Part shown: in pieces, positions 10,790 to 19,837 of the stretch
Layout: each line of letters starts with the position of its first letter
How positions within the stretch are numbered: position 1 is the stretch's first letter
NCBI GenBank assembly: GCA_003510895.1
Contig: DOKE01000007.1
Coordinates: 7,887 to 62,458, forward strand
DNA: 54,572 bases
Source: Candidatus Moraniibacteriota bacterium
GTDB taxonomy: Bacteria > Patescibacteriota > Minisyncoccia > Moranbacterales > GWC2-37-73
Direction of reading: 5' to 3'
Notes under the pieces: model-generated
What the model saw: only the letters and a program-made list of their open reading frames with translations
What the model was told of the DNA's origin: nothing
The model's database searches: none
Made by a program: the position numbers and the translations under genes

Positions 10790-11758
10790 TTAAATTAAAA
10801 TACTGCCGACAAAATTGCGATAGCCATTAATAAACTCTTTGGCAGAAGCGGGATTTTTCCCCTCCATTTGAAGTTCTTCTATTATAATGACACCGTTTAG
10901 CGCTTGAATTCCGATTGAATCTCCGATTTCAAAAACTTCTCCGACTTTATGATGAATTTCCGGATTTATTTTTTGCAATTTTATTTTCAGTAATTTTATT
11001 CTGGTTAACATAGCGTCATTTTTCCAAAACGTGAATATTCCCGGCCAAGGGAAAAGGGCTCTGAATTTGTTATATATTTCTTGAGCGTCTTGTTCCCATA
11101 TTATTCTTCCATCTTCTCTTTCAATGAGTTGGCAAAGAGTGGCTTGAGAGTCATCTTGCTTGATTGGTTCAATTTTTCTGCCTATCCAAAGAGGCAAAGT
11201 TTTTACAAGAAGATCGCAACTTAGAATTAAAAGTTTTTCTGAAAGAATTTGAGCATTGTCAGAATCTTCTATAAGTATTTTTTCTTGAGCTAAAATATCT
11301 CCGGTATCCATTTTTTCATCCATCAGCATAATAGTGGTTCCAGTTTCTTTTTCACCAGTCAAAAGAGTGTTTTGAATGGGCGATGGACCTCTGAATTTCG
11401 GAAGCAGGGAAGGGTGAACATTAACACAGCCAAATCCCGGAATATCCAAAACCTCTTTGGGTAATATTTTCCCATAAGCCGTTACAATAATAAGATCAGG
11501 TTTTAAACTTTTCAGTTTATTTATTATTTCATTATCAAATTTTTGCGGTTGAAAAACAGGAATGTTTTTTTCCAAAGCAAGTTTTTTTATGGGACTTTCC
11601 GCAACTTCTTGCTTTCTTCCAATTTTGGCGTCCGGTTTTGTGAAAATAGCGACTATATTGTATTCATTTTCAATAAGCGCTTTCAATGTTCCTTCGGCGA
11701 AATGGGAAGTTCCCATAAAAACAGTTTTCAGTTTTATATGACTGGTTTCTTTTTGCAT
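10790..11758 (-). CDS. fmt: Methionyl-tRNA formyltransferase
   Basis: VFMGTSHFA start, formyltransferase core HPSLLPKFRGPSPIQ, C-terminal Fmt domain, and the classic def-fmt gene pair. Confidence 0.93.
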   Translation of the reverse strand: MQKETSHIKLKTVFMGTSHFAEGTLKALIENEYNIVAIFTKPDAKIGRKQEVAESPIKKLALEKNIPVFQPQKFDNEIINKLKSLKPDLIIVTAYGKILPKEVLDIPGFGCVNVHPSLLPKFRGPSPIQNTLLTGEKETGTTIMLMDEKMDTGDILAQEKILIEDSDNAQILSEKLLILSCDLLVKTLPLWIGRKIEPIKQDDSQATLCQLIEREDGRIIWEQDAQEIYNKFRALFPWPGIFTFWKNDAMLTRIKLLKIKLQKINPEIHHKVGEVFEIGDSIGIQALNGVIIIEELQMEGKNPASAKEFINGYRNFVGSILI

Positions 11759-11768
11759 AAATATTTTT

Positions 11769-12227
11769 TTATTTTATTTTCTTACTTTTTCTAACCCTGT
11801 CAGTTATAAGTATACCATCAAGATGGTCTATTTCGTGCTGCAAGGCTCTAGCTAAAAGCCCATCGGCTTTCAGTTTTGCGTTCTTGCCTTCTTTATCAAT
11901 GTAGCGAATTTTCACTTCTTCCGGACGAGAAATTTGAAAAAATTCTCCGGGAAAACTCAGACATCCTTCTTCCATAAGAACTTTTTTCTTGGAGTAGGCG
12001 GTTACTTTTGGATTCATCAAGACATAGGTTTTTCCATTTTCTTCAATGACACAAAGACGGATGCTTTCTCCGATTTGCGGCGCGGCAAGACCCATCCCGT
12101 TAGCGGAACGCATTGTTGCCAGCATAAAATCGATCAAAGATTGCACCTTTTTTTCAAGAGGATCCTTGATTTTTCCAGTCTTTTTCCGAAGAATCGGATT
12201 TCCATTTTTTAATATTTCCAGTTTCAT
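11769..12227 (-). CDS. def: Peptide deformylase
   Basis: Three PDF motifs: GMGLAAPQIG, EGCLSFPG, HEIDHLDG. Confidence 0.95.
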   Translation of the reverse strand: MKLEILKNGNPILRKKTGKIKDPLEKKVQSLIDFMLATMRSANGMGLAAPQIGESIRLCVIEENGKTYVLMNPKVTAYSKKKVLMEEGCLSFPGEFFQISRPEEVKIRYIDKEGKNAKLKADGLLARALQHEIDHLDGILITDRVRKSKKIK

Positions 12228-12269
12228 ATCAATCAGTCTAGCGGATTTTTGATATTTTGTAAATTATGC

Positions 12270-14294
12270 CTAGGCAATTTGGATTGGATCAATATCGATT
12301 ATCCAATCGCTGGATAATTTTTCTAAAATCTTTTTAATTTCCAAAGGAATATCTTTTTGGGAATTTTTTATTTTAATAATAATTTGTTTTCTGTGTTTTC
12401 CTCGGACATTGGAAATAAGAGGGGAGAGTGGTCCGATTATTTGTACGACATTCTCTGTGTTTCCTATTTTTTCATTGAGAATATCATAAGTTTTTTTAGC
12501 TTCTTTTTCGGATTTGCTGATATCCGGATGTGAAAATACTAGCTTGATTATTTTTCCAAAAGGTGGATAGTGAAGAGCGGACTTTTCTTTGATTTGTTTT
12601 TGATAGAAAGATTCATAATCTCTCTCGGCTGACTTTTTGATAATAAAAGAATCTGGAGAATAGGTTTGGATAATAGCTTTTCCTTTGAACTTGCTTCCGT
12701 TTCTTCCTGTTCTCCCAATGACTTGCATTATATGTTGAAAAGATTGTTCATCGACAAGAAAATCTGGGATAGTGGAAAGACTGTCAGCATCAACAATTCC
12801 AACAAGGCCCACTGTTGGAATATCCCAATTTTTGGTGATCATTTGCGTTCCAATCAGTATGTCAATTTTATTTTCAGAAAAATCCTTATATAAATTTTCT
12901 CTGGATCCCGGTTTTTTGGAGGAAAAAGCGTCCATAGAAAAAACACTAGCTTGAGGAAATTTTTTCCTAATTTCTCTTTCAACCGTTCCAGTTCCAATTC
13001 CCACATTTTTGAATTCCAATCCATTACATTTGGAACAATTAACGAAAGCTCCGCTTTTGTAGGAACAATGCAAGCAGCTATATTCTCCGTTTTTGTCAAA
13101 AACAAGAGCGCGTTGACATTTGGGACAACGGAGAACGGTTTTGCAATTAGCGCAAACAGAAAAACGACTAACACCTTGATGATTTACGAATAAAATTGTT
13201 TGCAATTTATTTTTGAGAGCGTAGGATATTTCTTCTTGCAGTTTCAGACTAAGAAATGAATAGTTAGCCTTTTTCTTTCCGGAAAAATCTGTCCATTTTT
13301 CCTTGCGCATATCAACAACTTCCACGTCAATATTATTTTTGTTGTTAAAGTAGGGCAGGGAAAGCAACTTGATTTCTTTGTTCTGCGCCCGATAAAAATT
13401 TTCCACTCGCGGGGTGGCGCTTCCAAAAACAATCTTGGCGCTATGCAGTTCAGCTAGTTTTTCCGCCACTATTCTGGCATCATAGCGAGGATTCATATCC
13501 CATTGCTTGAAAGAGATATCTTGTTCTTCATCAACAACAATCAATCGCAAATTTTTATAGGGAGCAAAAATAGCCGCTCTTGTTCCAATGATTATCGTGG
13601 CTTCGCCGGAACGAATTTTTTGCCAGTTAAGAAAAAATTCTCCTTTGGAAAGTTGACTGTGCAAAAGTGTTAGTTTTTCTGGAAAAAATTTTGCTGAATA
13701 TCTTTCAATAGCTTGAGGCGTTAAAATAAGTTCCGGAAGAAGAATTAGAAATTGGGAATCGGGATGCTGTTTTTTTATTCGAGCAATTGATTCCAAATAA
13801 ACTTCCGTTTTTCCCGCAGAAGCCGGGCCATATAAAAGAAATTTTGAATTCGAAAAATTAGTTATTTCTTGGACGGCTAATTCTTGAGCAGGAGTTAATT
13901 TAATAACTATGTTCTTTTTACCGGTTACTAGTTGCTGATTACTAGTTACAATTCTTGCCTTGACTGCCTTGGGAATAAAATGACGCAGGGCAATTCCCAA
14001 TGAAGAAAGATAATAATCAGAAATAAAATTAGCCAGCGCCAATTGTTTTTCGCTGAGAAAATCTTCTTGTTCGATGGAAATTATTTTTTTTAATTGAAAA
14101 TTCCCCAAACGTTCAAAATCAGTTCGGCTGCACAAAACTATTCCTTGAATTATTCTTCGAAAAAGAGGAATGTTGACCAGTGTTCCGGGAGAAATTTCTT
14201 GATTGTGAAGATAGGAAAAGAACTGTTGACGGGAAAGTGAAATTCTTGCCAAAGGGATAACATCAATAATGAATTTTTTTGCTTTGTTTTCCAT
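12270..14294 (-). CDS. priA: Primosomal protein N' (replication restart helicase PriA)
   Basis: Walker A GPASAGKTEV, DEEQD box, Cys-rich zinc-binding insertion (CANCKTVLRCPKCQ...CLHC...CSKC), and GRTGR motif. Confidence 0.92.
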   Translation of the reverse strand: MENKAKKFIIDVIPLARISLSRQQFFSYLHNQEISPGTLVNIPLFRRIIQGIVLCSRTDFERLGNFQLKKIISIEQEDFLSEKQLALANFISDYYLSSLGIALRHFIPKAVKARIVTSNQQLVTGKKNIVIKLTPAQELAVQEITNFSNSKFLLYGPASAGKTEVYLESIARIKKQHPDSQFLILLPELILTPQAIERYSAKFFPEKLTLLHSQLSKGEFFLNWQKIRSGEATIIIGTRAAIFAPYKNLRLIVVDEEQDISFKQWDMNPRYDARIVAEKLAELHSAKIVFGSATPRVENFYRAQNKEIKLLSLPYFNNKNNIDVEVVDMRKEKWTDFSGKKKANYSFLSLKLQEEISYALKNKLQTILFVNHQGVSRFSVCANCKTVLRCPKCQRALVFDKNGEYSCLHCSYKSGAFVNCSKCNGLEFKNVGIGTGTVEREIRKKFPQASVFSMDAFSSKKPGSRENLYKDFSENKIDILIGTQMITKNWDIPTVGLVGIVDADSLSTIPDFLVDEQSFQHIMQVIGRTGRNGSKFKGKAIIQTYSPDSFIIKKSAERDYESFYQKQIKEKSALHYPPFGKIIKLVFSHPDISKSEKEAKKTYDILNEKIGNTENVVQIIGPLSPLISNVRGKHRKQIIIKIKNSQKDIPLEIKKILEKLSSDWIIDIDPIQIA

Positions 14295-14420
14295 AATTTA
14301 ATTGTAGCAGGATTGGCAAAGGGGCGCTAATCGAAAACCTATTTAATTGAATGGCTAAGACGGCGTGATAGCCATTCAAAAAGGCTTGAACAAAAGAAAT
14401 CTATATGTTAGGATAGGCTT

Positions 14421-14957
14421 ATGCAAAAAAGAAAAATATTTATTGAAATTGGAATTCCAAGCAAATTAAGGAAAAAATTGACTGAAAAGGTTGAAAAATT
14501 GCGCGAATTGCCAGTAAAATGGACAAAACCAGAGAATCTTCATATAACCTTGATGTTTTTGGGTTACGTGGACGAAAGCGTTATTCCTGAAATTTGTTTG
14601 AAGGTTTCCCAAACTGCCTCCGAGGCAGAATCTTTTGATTTGTCTTTTGATAAAATAGAGCTTGGTCCGAATCCGGATAAAGCGCAAATGATTTGGTTTT
14701 CCGGTGAAGCTAATGATGATTTGAAAAATCTATATCAAGAAATTGAAAAAGAATTGGGCATATTTCATATTGAAAAAAAACTTTTCCGTCCGCACATAAC
14801 TTTGGGAAAAATTAAAAAAGAAAAATGGGAAGCGCTCAAAGAAGCTCCTGTAATCCAAGAAGAATTTAAAACATTTGTTCCTGTAGAAAATATTTTTGTT
14901 ATGGGCAGTGTTTCCGGACAGGAATATGAAGTGATTGAAGATTGTCCCTTGGGATAA
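14421..14957 (+). CDS. thpR: RNA 2',3'-cyclic phosphodiesterase (2H phosphoesterase, LigT/ThpR-like)
   Basis: Two H-x-T-x motifs (LHITLMFLG and RPHITLGK) at the expected spacing in a 178-aa protein. Confidence 0.85.
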   Translation: MQKRKIFIEIGIPSKLRKKLTEKVEKLRELPVKWTKPENLHITLMFLGYVDESVIPEICLKVSQTASEAESFDLSFDKIELGPNPDKAQMIWFSGEANDDLKNLYQEIEKELGIFHIEKKLFRPHITLGKIKKEKWEALKEAPVIQEEFKTFVPVENIFVMGSVSGQEYEVIEDCPLG

Positions 14958-14973
14958 TTTTTAAAAACAAACT

Positions 14974-15696
14974 ATGAATATTTTGGGAATTCGCGTAGAT
15001 AATTTTTCAAAAAAAGAAATTCTTGAAAAAATAGAATTTTTTTTGACAGAAGAAAAACCTTGTCTACCGACCGGCAGGTTTCACCAAGTCGCAACAATTA
15101 ATCCAGAGTTTGTTTTAGAAGCGCAAAACGACAAACAATTCAAAGATATTTTGAATGATTGCTCCTTGAATATTGCGGATGGGATTGGAATATTTTTTGC
15201 ATTTTTGAGATTTGGAAAATTATTGAGACACCGAATAGCAGGGATTGATTTGATGGATAAAATTTTAAAAATAGCGCAGAAAAAAAATCTCAGCGTATTC
15301 TTGGTAGCAAACAAAAACGGATTAAGCTCCTGGGAAGAAACGAGAGATGCGATTTTAAATAAATATCCAAAATTAAAAATCAATGGATTAAATTTAAATT
15401 CAAATATTACTGATTTCGAGTTACCAGTTACTGACTATTCTATTGTTTTTTGCAATTTTGGGGCTCCCGAACAAGAAATATTTATTAATTCCCTAAAAAA
15501 TGCTAATATTAAAGTAGCAATGGGAGTGGGCGGGTCTTTTGATTTCATAACCGGAAAAATAACCAGAGCGCCCAAATTTATGCGAAAAGTTGGCTTAGAA
15601 TGGCTATTTCGTCTTATACTAGAGCCGAGATATAGATTTAGGAGAATTTTTCAAGCAGTAGTGGTATTTCCAATTAAAATTTTACTGGGAAAATAA
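14974..15696 (+). CDS. WecB/TagA/CpsF family glycosyltransferase (GT26)
   Basis: ATINPEFVLEAQND, LNIADGIG, FCNFGAPEQEIF and GVGGSFDF segments, typical of the TagA/WecG family. Confidence 0.85.
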   Translation: MNILGIRVDNFSKKEILEKIEFFLTEEKPCLPTGRFHQVATINPEFVLEAQNDKQFKDILNDCSLNIADGIGIFFAFLRFGKLLRHRIAGIDLMDKILKIAQKKNLSVFLVANKNGLSSWEETRDAILNKYPKLKINGLNLNSNITDFELPVTDYSIVFCNFGAPEQEIFINSLKNANIKVAMGVGGSFDFITGKITRAPKFMRKVGLEWLFRLILEPRYRFRRIFQAVVVFPIKILLGK

Positions 15697-15699
15697 TTT

Positions 15700-17259
15700 A
15701 TGATGACTGATAAAAACAAAGATATTCGAGTTAGATTTGCGCCGTCGCCAACCGGTCAACTTCATGTTGGCGGGCTTCGAACAGCTTTATATAACTATCT
15801 TTTTGCGAAAAAAAACAATGGGAAAATGCTTCTTCGCATCGAAGACACTGATCGCAAAAGATTTGTAGAAGGAGCAACGGAAAATTTGATTAAATCTTTG
15901 GAATGGGCGGAGATAAAATGGGATGAGGGCGTTTTTCTTAAAAATGAAACGCGAACAAAAGATCAAAAAATAAAAACCATACATTCCAAAAATTATCCCG
16001 GAGTCATTGAAAAGGGAAATTTTGGTCCATACATTCAATCGGAAAGATTAGAAATTTATAAAAAATACGCGCAGCAATTAGTGGCGGAAGGAAAGGCGTA
16101 TTACTGTTTCTGTGAACCGGAAAGATTGGAAAAGATGCGGGAAGAACAAACAAAAGAAAACACTGCTCCAATGTATGACAGATATTGTTTGCATAATTTA
16201 TCAGCAGAACAAATCAATGAAAATATCAAAAAAAATTGTTCATACACCATAAGATTGAAAGTTCCTCAAGATGATAGAGTGGTTTTTGACGATATGATTC
16301 GCGGAAAAGTTTCTTTCAGCACCAACACAATCGATGATCAGGTGCTTCTGAAATCAGACGGTTTTCCCACTTATCACTTGGCTAATGTTGTGGATGATCA
16401 TTTGATGGGAATAACTCACACGATTCGAGCGGAAGAATGGTTGCCTAGCACTCCCAAGCACGTTTTGCTTTATCGAGCATTTGGTTGGAGTGTGCCAATT
16501 TTTGCCCATCTGCCTCTTCTTCTGAGTACGGAAAAAAAGAAACTTTCCAAAAGACAAGGAGACGTGGCAGTGGAAGATTATGTTAAAAAGGGCTACCTGA
16601 AAGAAGCTCTGATTAATTTTGTTGCTCTTTTGGGATGGAATCCCGGGGAAGGGAAGACCAAAGAAATATTTTCAATGGAAGAATTAATTTCTGAATTTAA
16701 CATATCCAAAGTGCACAAGGCAGGAGCGGTTTTTGATTTGAAAAAATTAGATTGGATTAATGGCCAATATATCAAGAAGTTATCCTTGGAAGATTTGTAT
16801 GAAAAAACATTGCCGTTTCTGAAAGAAAAAGATTTTTTCAAAAATTCTCCAGAAGAGTGTCGGGAGGAGCAATATATCAAGAAAATTTTAGCTGTCGAGC
16901 AGGAACGGATGTCCAAACTTTCTGATATTGGAGATGAGAATAAATTTTTCTTCAATGATATTTTTGTTTATGATACAGGTCTTTTGAGATGGAAAAATAT
17001 GTCCGATGATGAAATAAAAGAATCCCTAAAGAAAGCTAAACTTGTTTTTGAAAATATTTCCGAAGAAGAATGGCTCAAAGAAAAACTGGAAGAAAAACTT
17101 TTGGAAGCTGCCGGTGAAAATAGGGGTAACTTGCTTTGGCCGCTGCGAGTTGCTTTGACAGGACAACAACATTCTCCATCCCCATTTGACGTAGCCTTGA
17201 TTATCGGAAAAAATGAATCCTTGAGAAGAATTGATCGAGCCAGCGCTTTGTTGAAATAA
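15700..17259 (+). CDS. gltX: Glutamate--tRNA ligase
   Basis: RVRFAPSPTGQLHVGGLRTALYNY (HIGH-type) and KLSKRQG (KMSKS-type) motifs. Class I GluRS length. Confidence 0.95.
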   Translation: MMTDKNKDIRVRFAPSPTGQLHVGGLRTALYNYLFAKKNNGKMLLRIEDTDRKRFVEGATENLIKSLEWAEIKWDEGVFLKNETRTKDQKIKTIHSKNYPGVIEKGNFGPYIQSERLEIYKKYAQQLVAEGKAYYCFCEPERLEKMREEQTKENTAPMYDRYCLHNLSAEQINENIKKNCSYTIRLKVPQDDRVVFDDMIRGKVSFSTNTIDDQVLLKSDGFPTYHLANVVDDHLMGITHTIRAEEWLPSTPKHVLLYRAFGWSVPIFAHLPLLLSTEKKKLSKRQGDVAVEDYVKKGYLKEALINFVALLGWNPGEGKTKEIFSMEELISEFNISKVHKAGAVFDLKKLDWINGQYIKKLSLEDLYEKTLPFLKEKDFFKNSPEECREEQYIKKILAVEQERMSKLSDIGDENKFFFNDIFVYDTGLLRWKNMSDDEIKESLKKAKLVFENISEEEWLKEKLEEKLLEAAGENRGNLLWPLRVALTGQQHSPSPFDVALIIGKNESLRRIDRASALLK

Positions 17260-17295
17260 AATTGAATTTCAAAACAAAAAAAATCGCAAGATTTT

Positions 17296-18612
17296 ATGCA
17301 AAAAAATAAAAAAATAAAAATCAATTTTCTTTTGACGGGAACAGCTATTGTTATGATGATGGTTTTTTTAGCGCGCGTTGATTTCTTTGTTGAGGCTGAC
17401 GAAGATATGTCAGTTGATGATGCCAAAGAAAAAATAGCGGAACTTGAAAAAAAAGCTCAGGCTTATCGAGAAATAATAGAATTAAAACAAAAACAGCAAG
17501 CATCTTTGAATAATCAAATTTCTTTGATGGATGTGAATATATCACAAGTTGAAACTGAAATAGAAATAAATAAAAATAAGATTGAAGAACTGAACGCTCT
17601 TATTGAGAGAAAAGAATTAGAAATAAGAGACAAAGAAGAAACTATCTTGTCTCAAAAAAAACTTCTCGGAGGATTACTGAAAAATTATTATGAACAACAA
17701 CAGAAGAATATTTTAAGTGTTTTTTTAACAGATAATGTGTTGGCTCCATTTATGTCAGAAAAAGATAGGTTGGCGCAAATTGGAAATAAAATTCAGGAAA
17801 TAATAAACGGAGTGAAATCACTCAAGGAGCAATTGGAAAACGAAAAAGGCGATTTAAAAAAAGACAAGGAAGATGTTTCTATTTTGCACGCTGATTTGCA
17901 AAATAGAAATGAAAATCTTCAATATTCAAAAGACAACAAAGAAGTTTTGCTGGCAAAAACACAAGGCGAAGAAGAAAAATATAAAAAACTTCTGGAAAGA
18001 GTTGAAAAACAGAAACTGGAACTTTTAAATTTTGATGAATTATATTCAGAAAGTTATTCCATCAATGGAATGTCTGTCAATGAATATATAGAAAAAAATA
18101 AGCCATCGTCATCCCTAAATTCTTCACTGTCCTGGTACTATTCTCAGAAAGATTCTTCTTGGGCAAACACAAAGATTGGAAATTCAAAAAGCTTAATGAA
18201 GGACTATGGTTGCGCTGTAGCTTCAGTTGCGATGGCTTTTACAAAACAAGGAGACACCATAACCCCAAAATCTCTTACTCAAAAACCGATTTTTTCTTGG
18301 GATCTTATTGCTTGGCCATCAACATCAATGCCATCCGGAAAAGTTGATATGGATGAGTCCGGTTCATATCATGGAAACATAAGTTTTTCAAAAATAGATT
18401 CTGAAATTAAAAATGGAACTCCGGTTATTGTTTATATCAAGAAATCAAGCGGAGGAGGGCATTATGTGGTGATTCACACTAAGGATAAAAAGAAGAATGA
18501 CTATGTGGTTCACGATCCATATTTCGGACCAAATTTATATCTAAGCACCTCAAGGGCTTTAGTTGGAAACGGAGGCTCAACAACTATGGATCAAATGATT
18601 ATCTATAATTAA
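17296..18612 (+). CDS. Secreted or membrane-anchored coiled-coil protein with C-terminal papain-like (C39-like) cysteine peptidase domain
   Basis: N-terminal hydrophobic anchor and ~230 aa of heptad-rich E/K/Q sequence. C-terminal YSQKDSSWANTKIG...DYGCAVASVAMAF...GGGHYVVIHT...VHDP gives a Cys/His/Asp arrangement. Confidence 0.6.
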   Translation: MQKNKKIKINFLLTGTAIVMMMVFLARVDFFVEADEDMSVDDAKEKIAELEKKAQAYREIIELKQKQQASLNNQISLMDVNISQVETEIEINKNKIEELNALIERKELEIRDKEETILSQKKLLGGLLKNYYEQQQKNILSVFLTDNVLAPFMSEKDRLAQIGNKIQEIINGVKSLKEQLENEKGDLKKDKEDVSILHADLQNRNENLQYSKDNKEVLLAKTQGEEEKYKKLLERVEKQKLELLNFDELYSESYSINGMSVNEYIEKNKPSSSLNSSLSWYYSQKDSSWANTKIGNSKSLMKDYGCAVASVAMAFTKQGDTITPKSLTQKPIFSWDLIAWPSTSMPSGKVDMDESGSYHGNISFSKIDSEIKNGTPVIVYIKKSSGGGHYVVIHTKDKKKNDYVVHDPYFGPNLYLSTSRALVGNGGSTTMDQMIIYN

Positions 18613-18974
18613 AAAAATAAACATCCAGACAAATAAAATAAAGACAAAAATATTAAATGGGTTGTGCGACATAAAGTTGAGTAACTAAAAAATAAATAGA
18701 GAATAAGAATAACTAGAGTGTCTTTATACTGAAAGATACTGAAAGCCTATTTTTTATTAAACTTACCTGGATCATTTTTTGATCCTATTTTAATTTATAA
18801 TTAAATTTATAATTTTAATTATTTTGTAATAAATTAATTATTTTTTAAATTTTTTAATTAATTATTTTTTTAAAAAAATAAAAAAATCAATGAAAGAATA
18901 AAGATAATATAAAGTGATTTATATTTATATATAATTTATACACAAAAAATATTTTTCTTCAAATCGAGTGTCTT

Positions 18975-18994
18975 GGGTATATATAGATGTACCC
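18975..18994. repeat. Imperfect palindrome GGGTATATATAGATGTACCC
   Basis: Read directly. Shares ATAGATGTA(C/T)CCC with the palindrome 76 bp downstream. Confidence 0.8.
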
Positions 18995-19050
18995 CTGAAT
19001 TTACTCAAAACACTCACAGGTCAATTTTTTGCGTCGTTTTTGGTTAATTT

Positions 19051-19070
19051 GGGATACATAGATGTATCCC
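19051..19070. repeat. Perfect 9+2+9 palindrome GGGATACAT-AG-ATGTATCCC
   Basis: Read directly. The reverse complement of GGGATACAT is ATGTATCCC. Confidence 0.9.
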
Positions 19071-19448
19071 TTAGGAAATAATTTCAAAACAAAAAATTGT
19101 GATATTGGCAGATATATATAAATTAATCATAAATTTTCAAAAAAACATCAATTAGATGTTTATATAAACAAAAGGGATATGCAATACTTAAATAAAAAAT
19201 AGAAGAACATAGAAGAATAAAGTGGAGAATAAAATAGAAAAGTAGGGGGTTAATAAATTGATTTATAGGGATTTAGAAGTGCTTAAAAAGGTTTTTATTG
19301 ATACACAATGTCGCTTAATCTACATTGTGCGACGTTGTATATTTATTGATACAAACTACCTCTTATATCTTTTTACTACTAATTACCACTAACCCACTGC
19401 CAAATATCCACTATCCCCATAAAAGGATTTAAAGAAATAAACAAGAAA

Positions 19449-19832
19449 TTATTTTTCTTTTTTGTAATTTTCAATTGCCTTCCTGAGCGCGTCGGCCGCT
19501 AAGTTCGAGCAATGCATTTTGACTGATGGCAAGCCGCCTAATTCATCCGCAACGATTTTATTGGTTATTTTCAAAGCTTCCTCCAGGGTCTTCCCTTTAG
19601 CTAAATCGGTTGCCATTGAAGATGTGGATATAGCCGCTCCGCATCCCAAGGTCTCAAATTTGATATCTTTGATAAATTCTTCATTTTTTTTATTTTTGGC
19701 AACCTTAATGTATATACGCATCACATCTCCGCATTTAGGATTGCCAACAGTCCCTGTTCCGTTAGCATTTTTAATTTTTCCCTGATTATGCGGTTTAGAA
19801 AAATGTTCAATAACTTTTTTTGAATATTGCAT
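19449..19832 (-). CDS. iscU: Fe-S cluster assembly scaffold protein (IscU/NifU N-terminal type)
   Basis: Three conserved Cys contexts: PKCGDVM, LGCGAAISTSSM, HCSNLAADAL. Confidence 0.92.
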   Translation of the reverse strand: MQYSKKVIEHFSKPHNQGKIKNANGTGTVGNPKCGDVMRIYIKVAKNKKNEEFIKDIKFETLGCGAAISTSSMATDLAKGKTLEEALKITNKIVADELGGLPSVKMHCSNLAADALRKAIENYKKEK

Positions 19833-19837
19833 AAATT

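Noticed and set aside
18613-19448. Chromosomal oriC
   Set aside because: AT-rich tracts and a few degenerate DnaA-box-like 9-mers (e.g. ATATCCACT near 19404) are present. However, the flanking genes converge rather than diverge, no dnaA/dnaN gene is nearby, and there is no cluster of good TTATCCACA boxes. A terminus-type or ncRNA explanation fits better, and that remains unproven.
18613-19448. CRISPR array or tandem repeat array
   Set aside because: There is no regularly spaced repeat of 20 nt or more. Only isolated palindromes and one 12-nt direct repeat pair occur. No CRISPR-like periodicity was seen anywhere else in the window.
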